This document shows positions 26,140 through 35,741 of a stretch of 38,912 nucleotides of DNA, piece by piece (the stretch's first letter is position 1; each line of letters begins with the position of its first letter). Below the pieces are notes generated by a model. That model was not told where the DNA came from. It searched no databases and worked only from the letters and a program-made list of their open reading frames with translations. The DNA is from Candidatus Thorarchaeota archaeon (GTDB lineage: Archaea; Asgardarchaeota; Thorarchaeia; Thorarchaeales; Thorarchaeaceae). The translations under genes and the position numbers were made by a program. The stretch lies in the NCBI GenBank assembly GCA_048882045.1, contig JBHLRZ010000033.1:1-38912 (forward strand), written 5' to 3'.

Positions 26140-29100
26140 TTGGTTCACATTGAGAAGCTTGTATGCAAGGGCTTCAAATCATTCGGACGAGATACAGTCA
26201 CCATCAAGTTCAATCGAGGATTTACATGCATTGTTGGTCCAAATGGTTCTGGAAAGTCAAATGTTGTGGATGCAATCCTATTTGTCCTAGGACAGCTCAG
26301 TGCCAAAACACTGAGAGCCACTGTATTCTCAGACCTTCTGTACTCACCGCCAAAACCCAATATGCCACCCAAAGCCAAGTCAGCTATTGTCGAACTTCAT
26401 TTTGACAACAGAGATCGAGAGTTACAGATTGAGGCTGACCGAGTTGTGATTGAAAGACAATTGGACGACACTGGTAAGTCAGTATGCAGAATAAATAGCA
26501 AGGTGGTCACTCGAACTGCTGTTCTTGATATATTGGGCGCTATTGGTGTAGATCCAAACGGATACAATCTTGTCCTCCAGGGAGAGATAGCTCAGATGGT
26601 CAAGGTCAGTCCCACTGAGCGTCGAAAACTGATTGAAGAGATTGCAGGCATTTCAGCCTACGACGAGCAGAAGGAACGTGCCCTCAAGAAACTGTCTGAG
26701 AGTGAAGGAAATCTTGGCAAGGTCGACATGCAGCTGCAGGAACGTCGCCGACAGCTTGAGAAGCTTGAGGACGAGATGGCTGACGCGAGGAGGTATCAAG
26801 GACTCCACAATCAAATAAGAAAACACCGAATTGACATTTTGGCATGGAGCACAATCAAAGGAAGATCAAGGATTGAAACCATTAACGAAACTTTGGTGAT
26901 GAGAGCTGAGGAAGCAGAGAGTTTGGTCAAAGAATTTGTCGAGGTTGAGAACGGTATCACTACAACAGACACAGAGATTGAGAAGATAGATCATGAAATT
27001 GATGAGATTACTGGAGGCGACTCGACAAGGGTTTCTGAGCAGTATGGTATCGTTTCAGCAGCAGTCAGTCATGTGAAAGGTGATCTTGACCGTGCCCAAA
27101 TAGAGTATGAAAGAGCAACAAGCGAACGAGATTCTCTTGCTGAAGCTTTAGGAACTACACAGGACGAGATTAGTCATAATGAACAAGTCATGAAGGACAA
27201 AAATGACGAACTTGCTGAGTTGGAGAAGGAGATTGCCGGTACGACTGCTGAGATTATCCGGTTGGAGGACATGGCCGAGAAAGCACAGGAAGCTTACTAC
27301 GAAACGACACTTAGACTTCAGGATCTCAACAATCAGATGCGTCATCTTGACGAAGGAGTTTCTGAAATCAGATCTACAATCAAGTCAGACAACAGGGAAC
27401 TAGGACTTGCCTACGAAGAAGTTAGAGATGCAACTGAACGTCTTCAGGATGCAGAAAGTGAGATTGCAGAACTGACAGAGAGCATTCCAGAAAAGAGAAC
27501 TGAACTAGAACAGTCAGTCGACCTCGAAAAGACCAAACGAGCAGAGATTGAGAGATTGGAGAACCGTCTCAAAACAGTAGATGCTGAGGTTTCAGAGAGT
27601 ACAAAAGTTGTGGCACAGACCAAGGAGGAGCTCATCAAGGTACAGGCTCGTCAGGATGCCCTTAAGGAAGCTGAAGATGCATTTCTAAAAAGACGCCAAG
27701 CTATTGCCATGGTATTAAAGCTAAGAGATGCAGACGTAATCAGGGGAATCCATGGGACAGTGGCTGAGTTGGGGACTATAAATCCCGACTACTCTGTTGC
27801 CTTGGAGATAGCCGGAGGTAGCAGACTCTCCTATATCGTCGTTGATAATGAACAGGTTGCAACTGAATGTGTAGAGGTGCTTAAGAGAGAGAAAGTTGGT
27901 AGAGCTTCTTTCATCCCACTTGACAAAATCAAGACACATACACCAGGAAAATTACCCAAAGATCAAGGTGTCATTGATTTTGCACTGAATCTAGTGAATT
28001 TCGAGCAGAAAATGCGTCCTGCATTTGAGTTTGTTTTCTCGGACACCATTGTGACAGAAGACTTTGACACTGCCAAGCGGCTAGGTTTCAGTGGACAGAG
28101 AGCAGTTTCTCTGGATGGTGACCTGGTCGAAAAGTCCGGCTTGATGACAGGAGGATACTTCCAGAAAGCTGCAGTTGGACTGTCCCTTCAGGTTGAAGAT
28201 ACCAGTCCAAAGATTGCTGAACGTCTGAAAGGGCTTGAAGAAATCCTAGCAGACCTCAGAGAAAAACAGTCCTCTCTTCGCGTTGAGAGAGGAGGTTTGG
28301 AAAAGGAAGTTCAAGAACTAGAGAAGACAAACTATCGTCTTCAGATGGAGCTTAATCGATTCGAAGAACGATTTGAGGAACAAGAAGCCAGATCAGAGGT
28401 GTTGAAAGAGCGAATTGACAAGGCCAACCTCACAATCAATGAACTGGAGGACCAGATTCAGAATCTTCAGGAGCGAGATGATGAACTCAGTGTTCAACGT
28501 GAGAGAGTCAGGGCCCAGAGAGATGATGCAAACCAGGCACTGGTTTCTTCAGATGCTAACAAGATCAATCAAGAGATCAAAGATCTGAAAGAAGTCCAAG
28601 AACAGTATAACAGACGGAGAGAGAGTCTTCAGAGCGAAATCACATCTGTACGAGTGGCTTTGGATGAGCGACTTGGACCAAAAGCAATTGATTTGGAAAC
28701 AAAAATACAAGATCAGGAAGCTGTGATTCCGGGACTTGAAGAAGAACTAAAACGACTGCAGATGGGACTCGCGGAAAGAGAAGCTGAGTTTGAGAAACTC
28801 AAGGAAGAGAGGGAACGCATAGACGATGCAGTGAAAGACAAACGAGTTCGTCAGCTGAAGTTGAAAGAAGACCTCCGTAATCTAAGAATGCGACACGAGG
28901 AAATCAGGGAAGCTCAGACATCTAATGAAAAAGCAGTCTACAGGCTCCAGACAGAACAGAATAGGCTTGAAAGCGAGATTGTTGCATATGTAGCAGAACT
29001 GAATGAGGTTTCAAATGCTCAAGTAGCCCTTGAGGAGAGGGAGGATCAGCGTGAACTCACTTACAAGGAGATTGAGGAGCTAGAAGACAAGATCAAAGAG

Positions 29101-29730
29101 GTAGAGCGCGAACTAGAAGCGATGGGTCCTGTCAACCTAAAGGCACTCACAGACTATGATCAAGAGAAGGACAGGTATGAAGAGATTGTAGACAAAAAAA
29201 CAAGACTCGAAGATGAAAGAAATGAGATTTTGGCTTTCATGGAGGAATTAGAAGCTGAGAAGACTCAGAAATTCTTGACAGTGTACAATGAAATTGCAGA
29301 CAACTTCTCTAAGGTGTTCGCGAAACTCTCTCCAGAGGGAGAAGCAAACCTGATGCTTGAGAATCCTGAGCATCCGCTGATGGGTGGGATTACGGTACGG
29401 TCCAAACCAAGAGGGAAAGAGCTGGTCACTCTGGATGCAATGAGTGGTGGTGAGAAAACCCTCACAGGTCTGGCACTCATATTTGCCATCCAGATGTACA
29501 GTCCTGCAAGCTTTTACATTTTCGATGAAATTGATGCAGCTTTGGACAATGTCAACGCTCACAATGTGGCATTACTAATTTCGGAAATGTCCAAGAATTC
29601 ACAGTTTGTAGTTGTTTCACTGAGAGACACAACGGTTCGAAAGGCTGATTTGTTGGTGGGTGTATCCAATCAGGATGGCATCTCAAGAATTGTTGCAGTT
29701 GATTTGGAGGAGGTCGCGGCATCATCATGA
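26140..29730 (+). CDS. smc: Chromosome segregation protein SMC
   Basis: GFKSF, GPNGSGKSN, hinge GxxxGG, MSGGEK signature, FDEIDAALD; long coiled coils. Confidence 0.98.
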   Translation: MVHIEKLVCKGFKSFGRDTVTIKFNRGFTCIVGPNGSGKSNVVDAILFVLGQLSAKTLRATVFSDLLYSPPKPNMPPKAKSAIVELHFDNRDRELQIEADRVVIERQLDDTGKSVCRINSKVVTRTAVLDILGAIGVDPNGYNLVLQGEIAQMVKVSPTERRKLIEEIAGISAYDEQKERALKKLSESEGNLGKVDMQLQERRRQLEKLEDEMADARRYQGLHNQIRKHRIDILAWSTIKGRSRIETINETLVMRAEEAESLVKEFVEVENGITTTDTEIEKIDHEIDEITGGDSTRVSEQYGIVSAAVSHVKGDLDRAQIEYERATSERDSLAEALGTTQDEISHNEQVMKDKNDELAELEKEIAGTTAEIIRLEDMAEKAQEAYYETTLRLQDLNNQMRHLDEGVSEIRSTIKSDNRELGLAYEEVRDATERLQDAESEIAELTESIPEKRTELEQSVDLEKTKRAEIERLENRLKTVDAEVSESTKVVAQTKEELIKVQARQDALKEAEDAFLKRRQAIAMVLKLRDADVIRGIHGTVAELGTINPDYSVALEIAGGSRLSYIVVDNEQVATECVEVLKREKVGRASFIPLDKIKTHTPGKLPKDQGVIDFALNLVNFEQKMRPAFEFVFSDTIVTEDFDTAKRLGFSGQRAVSLDGDLVEKSGLMTGGYFQKAAVGLSLQVEDTSPKIAERLKGLEEILADLREKQSSLRVERGGLEKEVQELEKTNYRLQMELNRFEERFEEQEARSEVLKERIDKANLTINELEDQIQNLQERDDELSVQRERVRAQRDDANQALVSSDANKINQEIKDLKEVQEQYNRRRESLQSEITSVRVALDERLGPKAIDLETKIQDQEAVIPGLEEELKRLQMGLAEREAEFEKLKEERERIDDAVKDKRVRQLKLKEDLRNLRMRHEEIREAQTSNEKAVYRLQTEQNRLESEIVAYVAELNEVSNAQVALEEREDQRELTYKEIEELEDKIKEVERELEAMGPVNLKALTDYDQEKDRYEEIVDKKTRLEDERNEILAFMEELEAEKTQKFLTVYNEIADNFSKVFAKLSPEGEANLMLENPEHPLMGGITVRSKPRGKELVTLDAMSGGEKTLTGLALIFAIQMYSPASFYIFDEIDAALDNVNAHNVALLISEMSKNSQFVVVSLRDTTVRKADLLVGVSNQDGISRIVAVDLEEVAASS

Positions 29731-30446
29731 TGAATAACGACTCACCTTTCTGGGCGACTCCACCCTACATTCTTCTCACTGATGTCCTACAACTTGACAA
29801 AGTCGAACCATGGAATGTCGATGTAGGAAAACTGGTGGGAGGATTCCTAGATGAGATGAAGAGGTTGGGAGATATCGATTTCAGGATATCTGGGAATGCT
29901 CTCTATTCAGCATCGGTAATCTTCATGAGAAAGACCAGAGAACTAGTCCAACTTGGTCTTCTGCCTCCTGAAGAGGAGGATGAGGACGGAGAGATAGAGA
30001 TTCCCCTCATCCGTCCACCGTTCAGACTGACAAATCGACGCGTGACATTAGAAGAGCTGCTTGTCGCTATGGACCATGTCCTGAGCAAGGGAACTAGGCA
30101 ACAGTATACACCTACAAAGAAGAAGTACAGACCGAGGACAGATCCACTGACATTCCAAGTGAATATTGATCAGGCGAACATTGAGGAAACCATTGCAGAT
30201 GTTTACAAGGACCTATGCAACATCATGAAGATTGGTGATGTAGCTAAGTTTGTAGAGATACTGATGAATAACACCAGACAAGAGATTGTACGTGTCTTCT
30301 TCTCACTCTTATTCCTCTTTGCAAGAGCATACATCGACATATGGATGGATGAGAATGGGGTAATCTGGATAAAGCTTCTAGAGCCACCAGAAATCAGAGA
30401 GGAAGAGGAGTCTGAAGAAGAGATTCAGCCAGAAATCAAGACTTAG
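29727..30446 (+). CDS. scpA: Kleisin ScpA
   Basis: PWNVDV, DFRISG, RRVTLEEL, FFSLLFL; follows smc. Confidence 0.9.
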   Translation: MMNNDSPFWATPPYILLTDVLQLDKVEPWNVDVGKLVGGFLDEMKRLGDIDFRISGNALYSASVIFMRKTRELVQLGLLPPEEEDEDGEIEIPLIRPPFRLTNRRVTLEELLVAMDHVLSKGTRQQYTPTKKKYRPRTDPLTFQVNIDQANIEETIADVYKDLCNIMKIGDVAKFVEILMNNTRQEIVRVFFSLLFLFARAYIDIWMDENGVIWIKLLEPPEIREEEESEEEIQPEIKT

Positions 30447-30457
30447 AGGTGATTTGA

Positions 30458-31012
30458 TTGGACGATGACATGATTACTCTAGAAGCGGCACTCTATGTAT
30501 CTGGAAGGGCCCTTACTCTAGAGGAGCTAGCTGATATCATCGGAAAATCACAATCCACAGCTCAGAAGATACTCGATAACCTTAGCTTCGAATACAATCA
30601 GAAAGAAGGAGCACTTGAGATTGTTGCATTGCCCAAGGACCGGTATGTCATGCAGCTGAAACCCGAACTCACGCCTAGGGTGGGAAAATTGATTCCTGGA
30701 GGTCTTCTCTCTTTTGCCACATTACAGACACTGGTTTTCATCGCACTCAAACAACCAATAATTCAGTCAGAATTGGTGGCGCAGCGGGGAACTCATTCTT
30801 ATGACCACATCAGAGACCTTGTAGACAAGAAGTTCGTTGATGCAGTTCCAGAGGGGAGATCAAAACTGTTGACGACAACCCAGCTCTTCGCGGATTATTT
30901 TGGTCTAGACAATGACCGAGTTAAACTGAAGGCTCAACTCAAGTTCAAGATGAAGAAGATTCTTGATGAGCAACGCGAGGCTGAAGAGGCTGCTGGGATT
31001 TCATCTGTCTAG
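30458..31012 (+). CDS. scpB: ScpB
   Basis: LEAALYVSG, TLVFIALKQPI, TTQLFADYFGL. Confidence 0.93.
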   Translation: MDDDMITLEAALYVSGRALTLEELADIIGKSQSTAQKILDNLSFEYNQKEGALEIVALPKDRYVMQLKPELTPRVGKLIPGGLLSFATLQTLVFIALKQPIIQSELVAQRGTHSYDHIRDLVDKKFVDAVPEGRSKLLTTTQLFADYFGLDNDRVKLKAQLKFKMKKILDEQREAEEAAGISSV

Positions 31013-31497
31013 AATCCAAATGGAATGAAGACTGAAACCCAGAGAAGAATTCCGAATGTCAAGAGGAAGAGTCCTGAAATGAATCCAGTATTCCTACGGA
31101 ACTTGATTAGAATGGCTGTATGTACAATTCCGTTGAGCATACCATTGAGTGCTATCCCCAGACCATAGATCAGAGCCCAAGGAGCCTGTGTCGATATTGG
31201 GAAGTATAACAGAAAACTAAGCAAGACAAGTACATGGCTGAATAGGACCAGAAAATCGCGGCCTGAAATTGATTCCTTAGGTGTCCCATCCTCATGTTTT
31301 CGAAGTTGAGCCTCGACTTCCCAAGCCTTCGTATAGTTTTCTTCGAGGAAATGGCCTGCTTGTGAGAAACATACTAAGAGGTAGATTAGGGGAGAATATG
31401 CAAAGGCTACTATCTCTACTGGAAATAGCAAACCAACCGTGACTGAAATTGTCAGTAGGAGAACCATGAATACAATGAGGGGTTTGAAGACTTTCAT
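31009..31497 (-). CDS. HXXEE-domain membrane protein
   Basis: GHFLEE motif, several TMs, NGIVH. Confidence 0.75.
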   Translation of the reverse strand: MKVFKPLIVFMVLLLTISVTVGLLFPVEIVAFAYSPLIYLLVCFSQAGHFLEENYTKAWEVEAQLRKHEDGTPKESISGRDFLVLFSHVLVLLSFLLYFPISTQAPWALIYGLGIALNGMLNGIVHTAILIKFRRNTGFISGLFLLTFGILLWVSVFIPFGF

Positions 31498-31664
31498 ATT
31501 GATGCAACACTCTTAACAGACTCTTGGAATTGGGCTATGCTGGAGCTGTCCAGAGGAGTATTTGAAATGGACGCTTCGTACATGTAACAAGAAGTTGGCC
31601 ACTAAGCAACACTTAAAACGAATCTACAGTGAGCGACATTGACCTAATCAAGAGGTAGTCAGAA

Positions 31665-32042
31665 ATGGGTATCTGGCATAGAAGATCAACAAGAACAGCC
31701 ACTGGTGCGCGACTGAGGAAGCTCAGAAGTAAGAGAAAGCATCAGATGGGGCGTAATCCTACTGAAACTCTCATGGGAGAACCGAAGAGAATTATAATTA
31801 ACAGTAGGAGTAAAGCAAACAAGACCCCAGCCCTTCGACTCACCCAAGTCAATGTGACCGATCCTGCGAAGAACGTCACCTTCCGTGCTGATCTTCAGGA
31901 TGTTGAGAAGAATCCAGCTAACATGGACTATCAACGCAGGAAGGTAATCACAAGAGGAACGATTATCAAGACCTCAAAGGGTCGAGCAAGAGTAACCAGC
32001 AGACCAGGACAAGATGGCATCCTAAATGCAGTCCTGATCTGA
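31665..32042 (+). CDS. rps8e: 30S ribosomal protein eS8
   Basis: RKHQMGR, NPAN, ARVTSRPGQDGILNAVL. Confidence 0.97.
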   Translation: MGIWHRRSTRTATGARLRKLRSKRKHQMGRNPTETLMGEPKRIIINSRSKANKTPALRLTQVNVTDPAKNVTFRADLQDVEKNPANMDYQRRKVITRGTIIKTSKGRARVTSRPGQDGILNAVLI

Positions 32043-32066
32043 AAAGCACCGATTGTTATAGCAGTC

Positions 32067-32462
32067 TTAACCAGCAGTGGACTCTGAAATTTGAGCCTCT
32101 ATGCTAGTTATGACAAAGTCTCTTCCGCCAGTGATTTTCGTAGAACTTCCTCCGCATTTAGGGCACTTCATCGGTGCAAACACAGCAATCTCATTTGGAA
32201 TACTAGAATCTACCTCTGACTCTCCCTCAAAACCGCAATCATTGCAGAGAAGACGTCCCTTTACAGTCTTGATTCTCAGCTCAGCGCCTTCTAGGATGGA
32301 GTTCTTACTGGCAATCTCAAAATTGAAGGTCAGTTGTTCAGGAATTAGGAAGGTAAACTCTCCTAGCTCTACATGAACCACAGAAACTTTTGTAGCGTTG
32401 TTGTTTACCGCAGCCTCCACAGCAGTATCAACTATCGAACATGCAGCTGAGAATTCGTGCAT
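32067..32462 (-). CDS. hypA: Hydrogenase nickel metallochaperone HypA
   Basis: MHEFS N-terminus, CNDC...CPKC, GGRDF. Confidence 0.93.
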   Translation of the reverse strand: MHEFSAACSIVDTAVEAAVNNNATKVSVVHVELGEFTFLIPEQLTFNFEIASKNSILEGAELRIKTVKGRLLCNDCGFEGESEVDSSIPNEIAVFAPMKCPKCGGSSTKITGGRDFVITSIEAQISESTAG

Positions 32463-32590
32463 AAGAACCACCAATGCTTGAACAGATTGATTCTTGTTAA
32501 GGCATTTCTGTTGTGGTTGCAAGTTCAGACTCTTTATATGATTCATTGTTTATTGCAGAATCGTTCTGATTAGATATTGAGGGAGCTGTC

Positions 32591-33181
32591 TTGTCTAAAA
32601 CTTCAAAGAAGAAAGAATCAACAAAGAAGAAGACAAGCTCAGCAAAGGCATTGCCCAAGAAAACCACAAAGAAGACAAAGACTGTTGCTAAGAAAACTCC
32701 TGTGAAGAAGTCAGCTGAAAAAAAGTCAGCAAAGAGAAAGAAGGACGTTCCACCTAAGAAAAAGAAAGCACCAGCCAAGAAGACTCGTCGAAAGAAGGTC
32801 GCCAGTTCCGATGTTTCAGCAATGTTGAGCGAGTTAGAGGTTGAGATAAAGAGCGATGATGATCAAGTCAGTTTCGGTGCAATTGAGCGTTTGGGCGTAT
32901 TGGACACTCCGCAGGCCACACAGGTGCTGATAAGAGCGTTATCAGATTCAAGGTATATCGTGAGAATACATGCGGCAGCACAACTTGGAGAACGTAAGGA
33001 CAAGAAAGCGGTCGATTCGTTGATTGCATCACTCAATGATGATTCAGTCTTTGTCAGACAAACGGTAGCTGGAGCACTCGATAACATAGGTGGGACAAAG
33101 GCAAAGAAAGCTGTGACGAAGGCTGAGAAGGACGGTCTGCTTCTTGATGAGCTTCCAGAGGGCAGGAGATTGACGGATTAA
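32591..33181 (+). CDS. HEAT (PBS-lyase-like) repeat protein with Lys-rich N-terminus
   Basis: About 70 aa K/A/T/P-rich tail; VRIHAAAQLG and VRQTVAGAL repeats. Confidence 0.8.
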   Translation: MSKTSKKKESTKKKTSSAKALPKKTTKKTKTVAKKTPVKKSAEKKSAKRKKDVPPKKKKAPAKKTRRKKVASSDVSAMLSELEVEIKSDDDQVSFGAIERLGVLDTPQATQVLIRALSDSRYIVRIHAAAQLGERKDKKAVDSLIASLNDDSVFVRQTVAGALDNIGGTKAKKAVTKAEKDGLLLDELPEGRRLTD

Positions 33182-33271
33182 TAGCACTTGGACTCATTGT
33201 ATTCAACTGAGTTCTTCTTATATTGAAAAACGTCAGCAATCAAATAGACATCTTCAAGGAGAAACACTACT

Positions 33272-33817
33272 TTGAACGATTCTCGTGATGAGATTTCTAC
33301 AATTCGAGCCAAAATTAAAGACCTTGACTTTGACTACATGAGAGGCTTGGTATCAGAAGAGGAATATAACCAACAGATGGCGGATTTAAAACAAAAATTG
33401 GAATTGGCTGGTGGTTCAATCCAAGAGGTTTCTCCTGTTCACAAAATCGAACCCGAAGAGCTTCAGACTGCAAAGCTAGAACCTCCTCCAACTACTAAAC
33501 CTGCTACTGTGGATCCAGTCACCTCAGTGAAAAGGACTGTCGAGGGAATGAGAAGAATATCTCTGGAGAGGATTGCACAAGAATCGGGGGTTTCCATTTT
33601 GAACGTTACAAAAATACTGAATGATCTTCTTGATGGACGTGAACTCTCTGGTAGAGTTGATCATGATATGGGAGATTTCATTCTGGGAACCGGTACAGGC
33701 CCTGCTCCAAAGACGATTGCCGTGTGCCCCTTCTGCAGGAATGACCTCAAACGTATTGCTGTAAAAGGCGAAACAGTGACCTGTAACATGTGTAGAGAAT
33801 CATTCATTATAACTTGA
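33272..33817 (+). CDS. Hypothetical protein: SHOCT-like + PCI-like winged helix + Zn finger
   Basis: GLVSEEEY; ISLERIAQ...LSGRVD; CPFC..CNMC. Confidence 0.7.
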   Translation: MNDSRDEISTIRAKIKDLDFDYMRGLVSEEEYNQQMADLKQKLELAGGSIQEVSPVHKIEPEELQTAKLEPPPTTKPATVDPVTSVKRTVEGMRRISLERIAQESGVSILNVTKILNDLLDGRELSGRVDHDMGDFILGTGTGPAPKTIAVCPFCRNDLKRIAVKGETVTCNMCRESFIIT

Positions 33818-33829
33818 TATCATTAATGT

Positions 33830-35101
33830 GTGATTCAGATGGACTTCTTTCAAGCATGTTTGAAAGCAGATGGTAGAGCGGCTGTGACTGCAATCAAAAA
33901 TATGCACTCATCGGCCCGTCCAACTGCAATTTGGGCTGTCTTAATGCACGGTGCAGCATGGCATGAGCAACGCACGTATGACACACCCCATTCCACTATA
34001 GTTGTTAATTCAATACATCGAATGATTGAGGACCTAGGAAGTCATCCTGGGCTCGCAGAAGATGTTGAAACAAAGATCAAAATGGATGAAGAGAGGAGAA
34101 CGGAACTACAAGAGCTCTTGGTCCATAGATTAGCTCTCCATCTTGCCGACATTGACCACTGGGTGCCTGAGAAGGGGCCAAGATACAATGTGGAGAAAGG
34201 AGTAGATTCTCCAGACAATGCACTTAGGAAGTTCGCTTCCTCTATTAGACAGAAGAGTGACGTTGGAGCCTGGGAGGCATCTGTCATTCTGGCAGCAAAA
34301 GAAGATCATGTGAGACTGAAGCGCATTGTTGCGTCTCTCACCGCTGAAGAGCCAGACAGATTGGGTCACGGTTACATCATGCCCTATTCACTTGTTTCAG
34401 AACTCCCTGGATCTGAATATACACGACCTCAGATTGCTGTATTGTGGCACCTGATGGAGTATCTTGTGAGAAAGGTACCTTCCAAATCTCCCGATGGATA
34501 CCTGAAGGACGATAAACTGTCCAAGCTGACCAAACCAACTGATTTGACGCAATACAGAGATGTCTTCCTGAATTCAGTTGTCAACTTTGGTATACTTGGG
34601 CACAATGCTATTTTTGCCCATCGGATTGCCGAGTCAAATTATCATGGATTGGTGACAAAGGACACTGTTGCTTGGCTCATTGATATACTGAAGCGGAATA
34701 TTGGTAGTTCCATAGTACCTGAAGAGAAGATGACATTTGAAACAGTATATCAGAAGAGATCGAACCATGACTGGGACCATCAGCCAGAACTCATGAGACT
34801 TCCTCATACAAAGAGTGTTGAAGAGTGGCTCGCAAGTGAACCATCTGGATTTTGGACAAAAATGACCCACACAAAATCCGTAGAGTTTGAAAAGGCCATT
34901 CCAGATATCAGTGATAATGATTGGTCGCTCGTGAGGACGCTTCAATATCTAATGTCAACCCTTCTAGGAAATCCAGGGTCCACACACGTAATTATCTTCA
35001 CTCAATCTGTCTGGAACCTAGTAGACAGAGGTCTTGTCCCTCAGGACATTGCAGCTCTTCAAGTCCATAGAATGCTCCGTAGATATCTTTCTGATTGGTA
35101 G
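33830..35101 (+). CDS. Hypothetical helical protein with repeated His motifs
   Basis: 423-aa ORF; PHSTI, GHGYI, GHNAI, THVII. Confidence 0.7.
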   Translation: MIQMDFFQACLKADGRAAVTAIKNMHSSARPTAIWAVLMHGAAWHEQRTYDTPHSTIVVNSIHRMIEDLGSHPGLAEDVETKIKMDEERRTELQELLVHRLALHLADIDHWVPEKGPRYNVEKGVDSPDNALRKFASSIRQKSDVGAWEASVILAAKEDHVRLKRIVASLTAEEPDRLGHGYIMPYSLVSELPGSEYTRPQIAVLWHLMEYLVRKVPSKSPDGYLKDDKLSKLTKPTDLTQYRDVFLNSVVNFGILGHNAIFAHRIAESNYHGLVTKDTVAWLIDILKRNIGSSIVPEEKMTFETVYQKRSNHDWDHQPELMRLPHTKSVEEWLASEPSGFWTKMTHTKSVEFEKAIPDISDNDWSLVRTLQYLMSTLLGNPGSTHVIIFTQSVWNLVDRGLVPQDIAALQVHRMLRRYLSDW

Positions 35102-35102
35102 T

Positions 35103-35339
35103 CTATTTTCTACTCAATATGAAGAAATTATCTTCTTGAAAATCGACCTTAAAGAGGTCTGTTCATTCAATATCACCCAATAATTCAGCCGGATCCATAT
35201 GGTCAATGAATACAAACAGTTTTCCTTCAGGTTTCGGGACACCATGCAACTTCCTCAACAGCTTGAACTTAGTTGAAATCCTACTATAACCGTCAAACAA
35301 GAGATTGTGATCTAAACTTTCATCGAAAGTAGAAACAAT
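35103..35339 (-). pseudogene. Degraded class I methyltransferase C-terminal fragment
   Basis: DESLDHNLLFD..KLLRKLHGVPKPEGKLFVFIDHM with in-frame TGA at 35163-35165 and no start. Confidence 0.6.
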
Positions 35340-35470
35340 CTAAAAATGTAAATTGGAATTCTACGAAGACTTGTGGCGTCTTTATATTCGAGTTCTGTCA
35401 AGGAGTTGCATGAGTTTCGTATAGATTGTTAACTACTCCAAATATCTAATGATGAAGGGAATATTGAAGA

Positions 35471-35719
35471 ATGACAGAACCATTTCAAGATAGATGGATG
35501 AAAGAGAAGACTGGGTGGGTTGCAGTAGTCCTAACAATGATTGGGTTTGTTGTCCTGGTGTTTAGACAACCTTCTGCTCAATGGATGATGAGCCATTCGG
35601 TGGAAGAATACCTTGAATATATGCAGTTGACGATAGCCCTTGCTGCCGCTTTTATAATACCTGCGATGTTTTTCTGTGGCTACAGCTTGAATGTAACATG
35701 GAAAAAGTGGAAAAAGTGA
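35471..35719 (+). CDS. Small two-TM membrane protein
   Basis: 82 aa, two hydrophobic helices. Confidence 0.6.
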   Translation: MTEPFQDRWMKEKTGWVAVVLTMIGFVVLVFRQPSAQWMMSHSVEEYLEYMQLTIALAAAFIIPAMFFCGYSLNVTWKKWKK

Positions 35720-35741
35720 TTGTTTACTAATACGCGAACAA

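Noticed and set aside
26140-32042. smc-scpA-scpB as a Wadjet-type defence system
   Set aside because: Canonical housekeeping sequences, no JetD/Toprim gene, and an ordinary rps8e neighbourhood.
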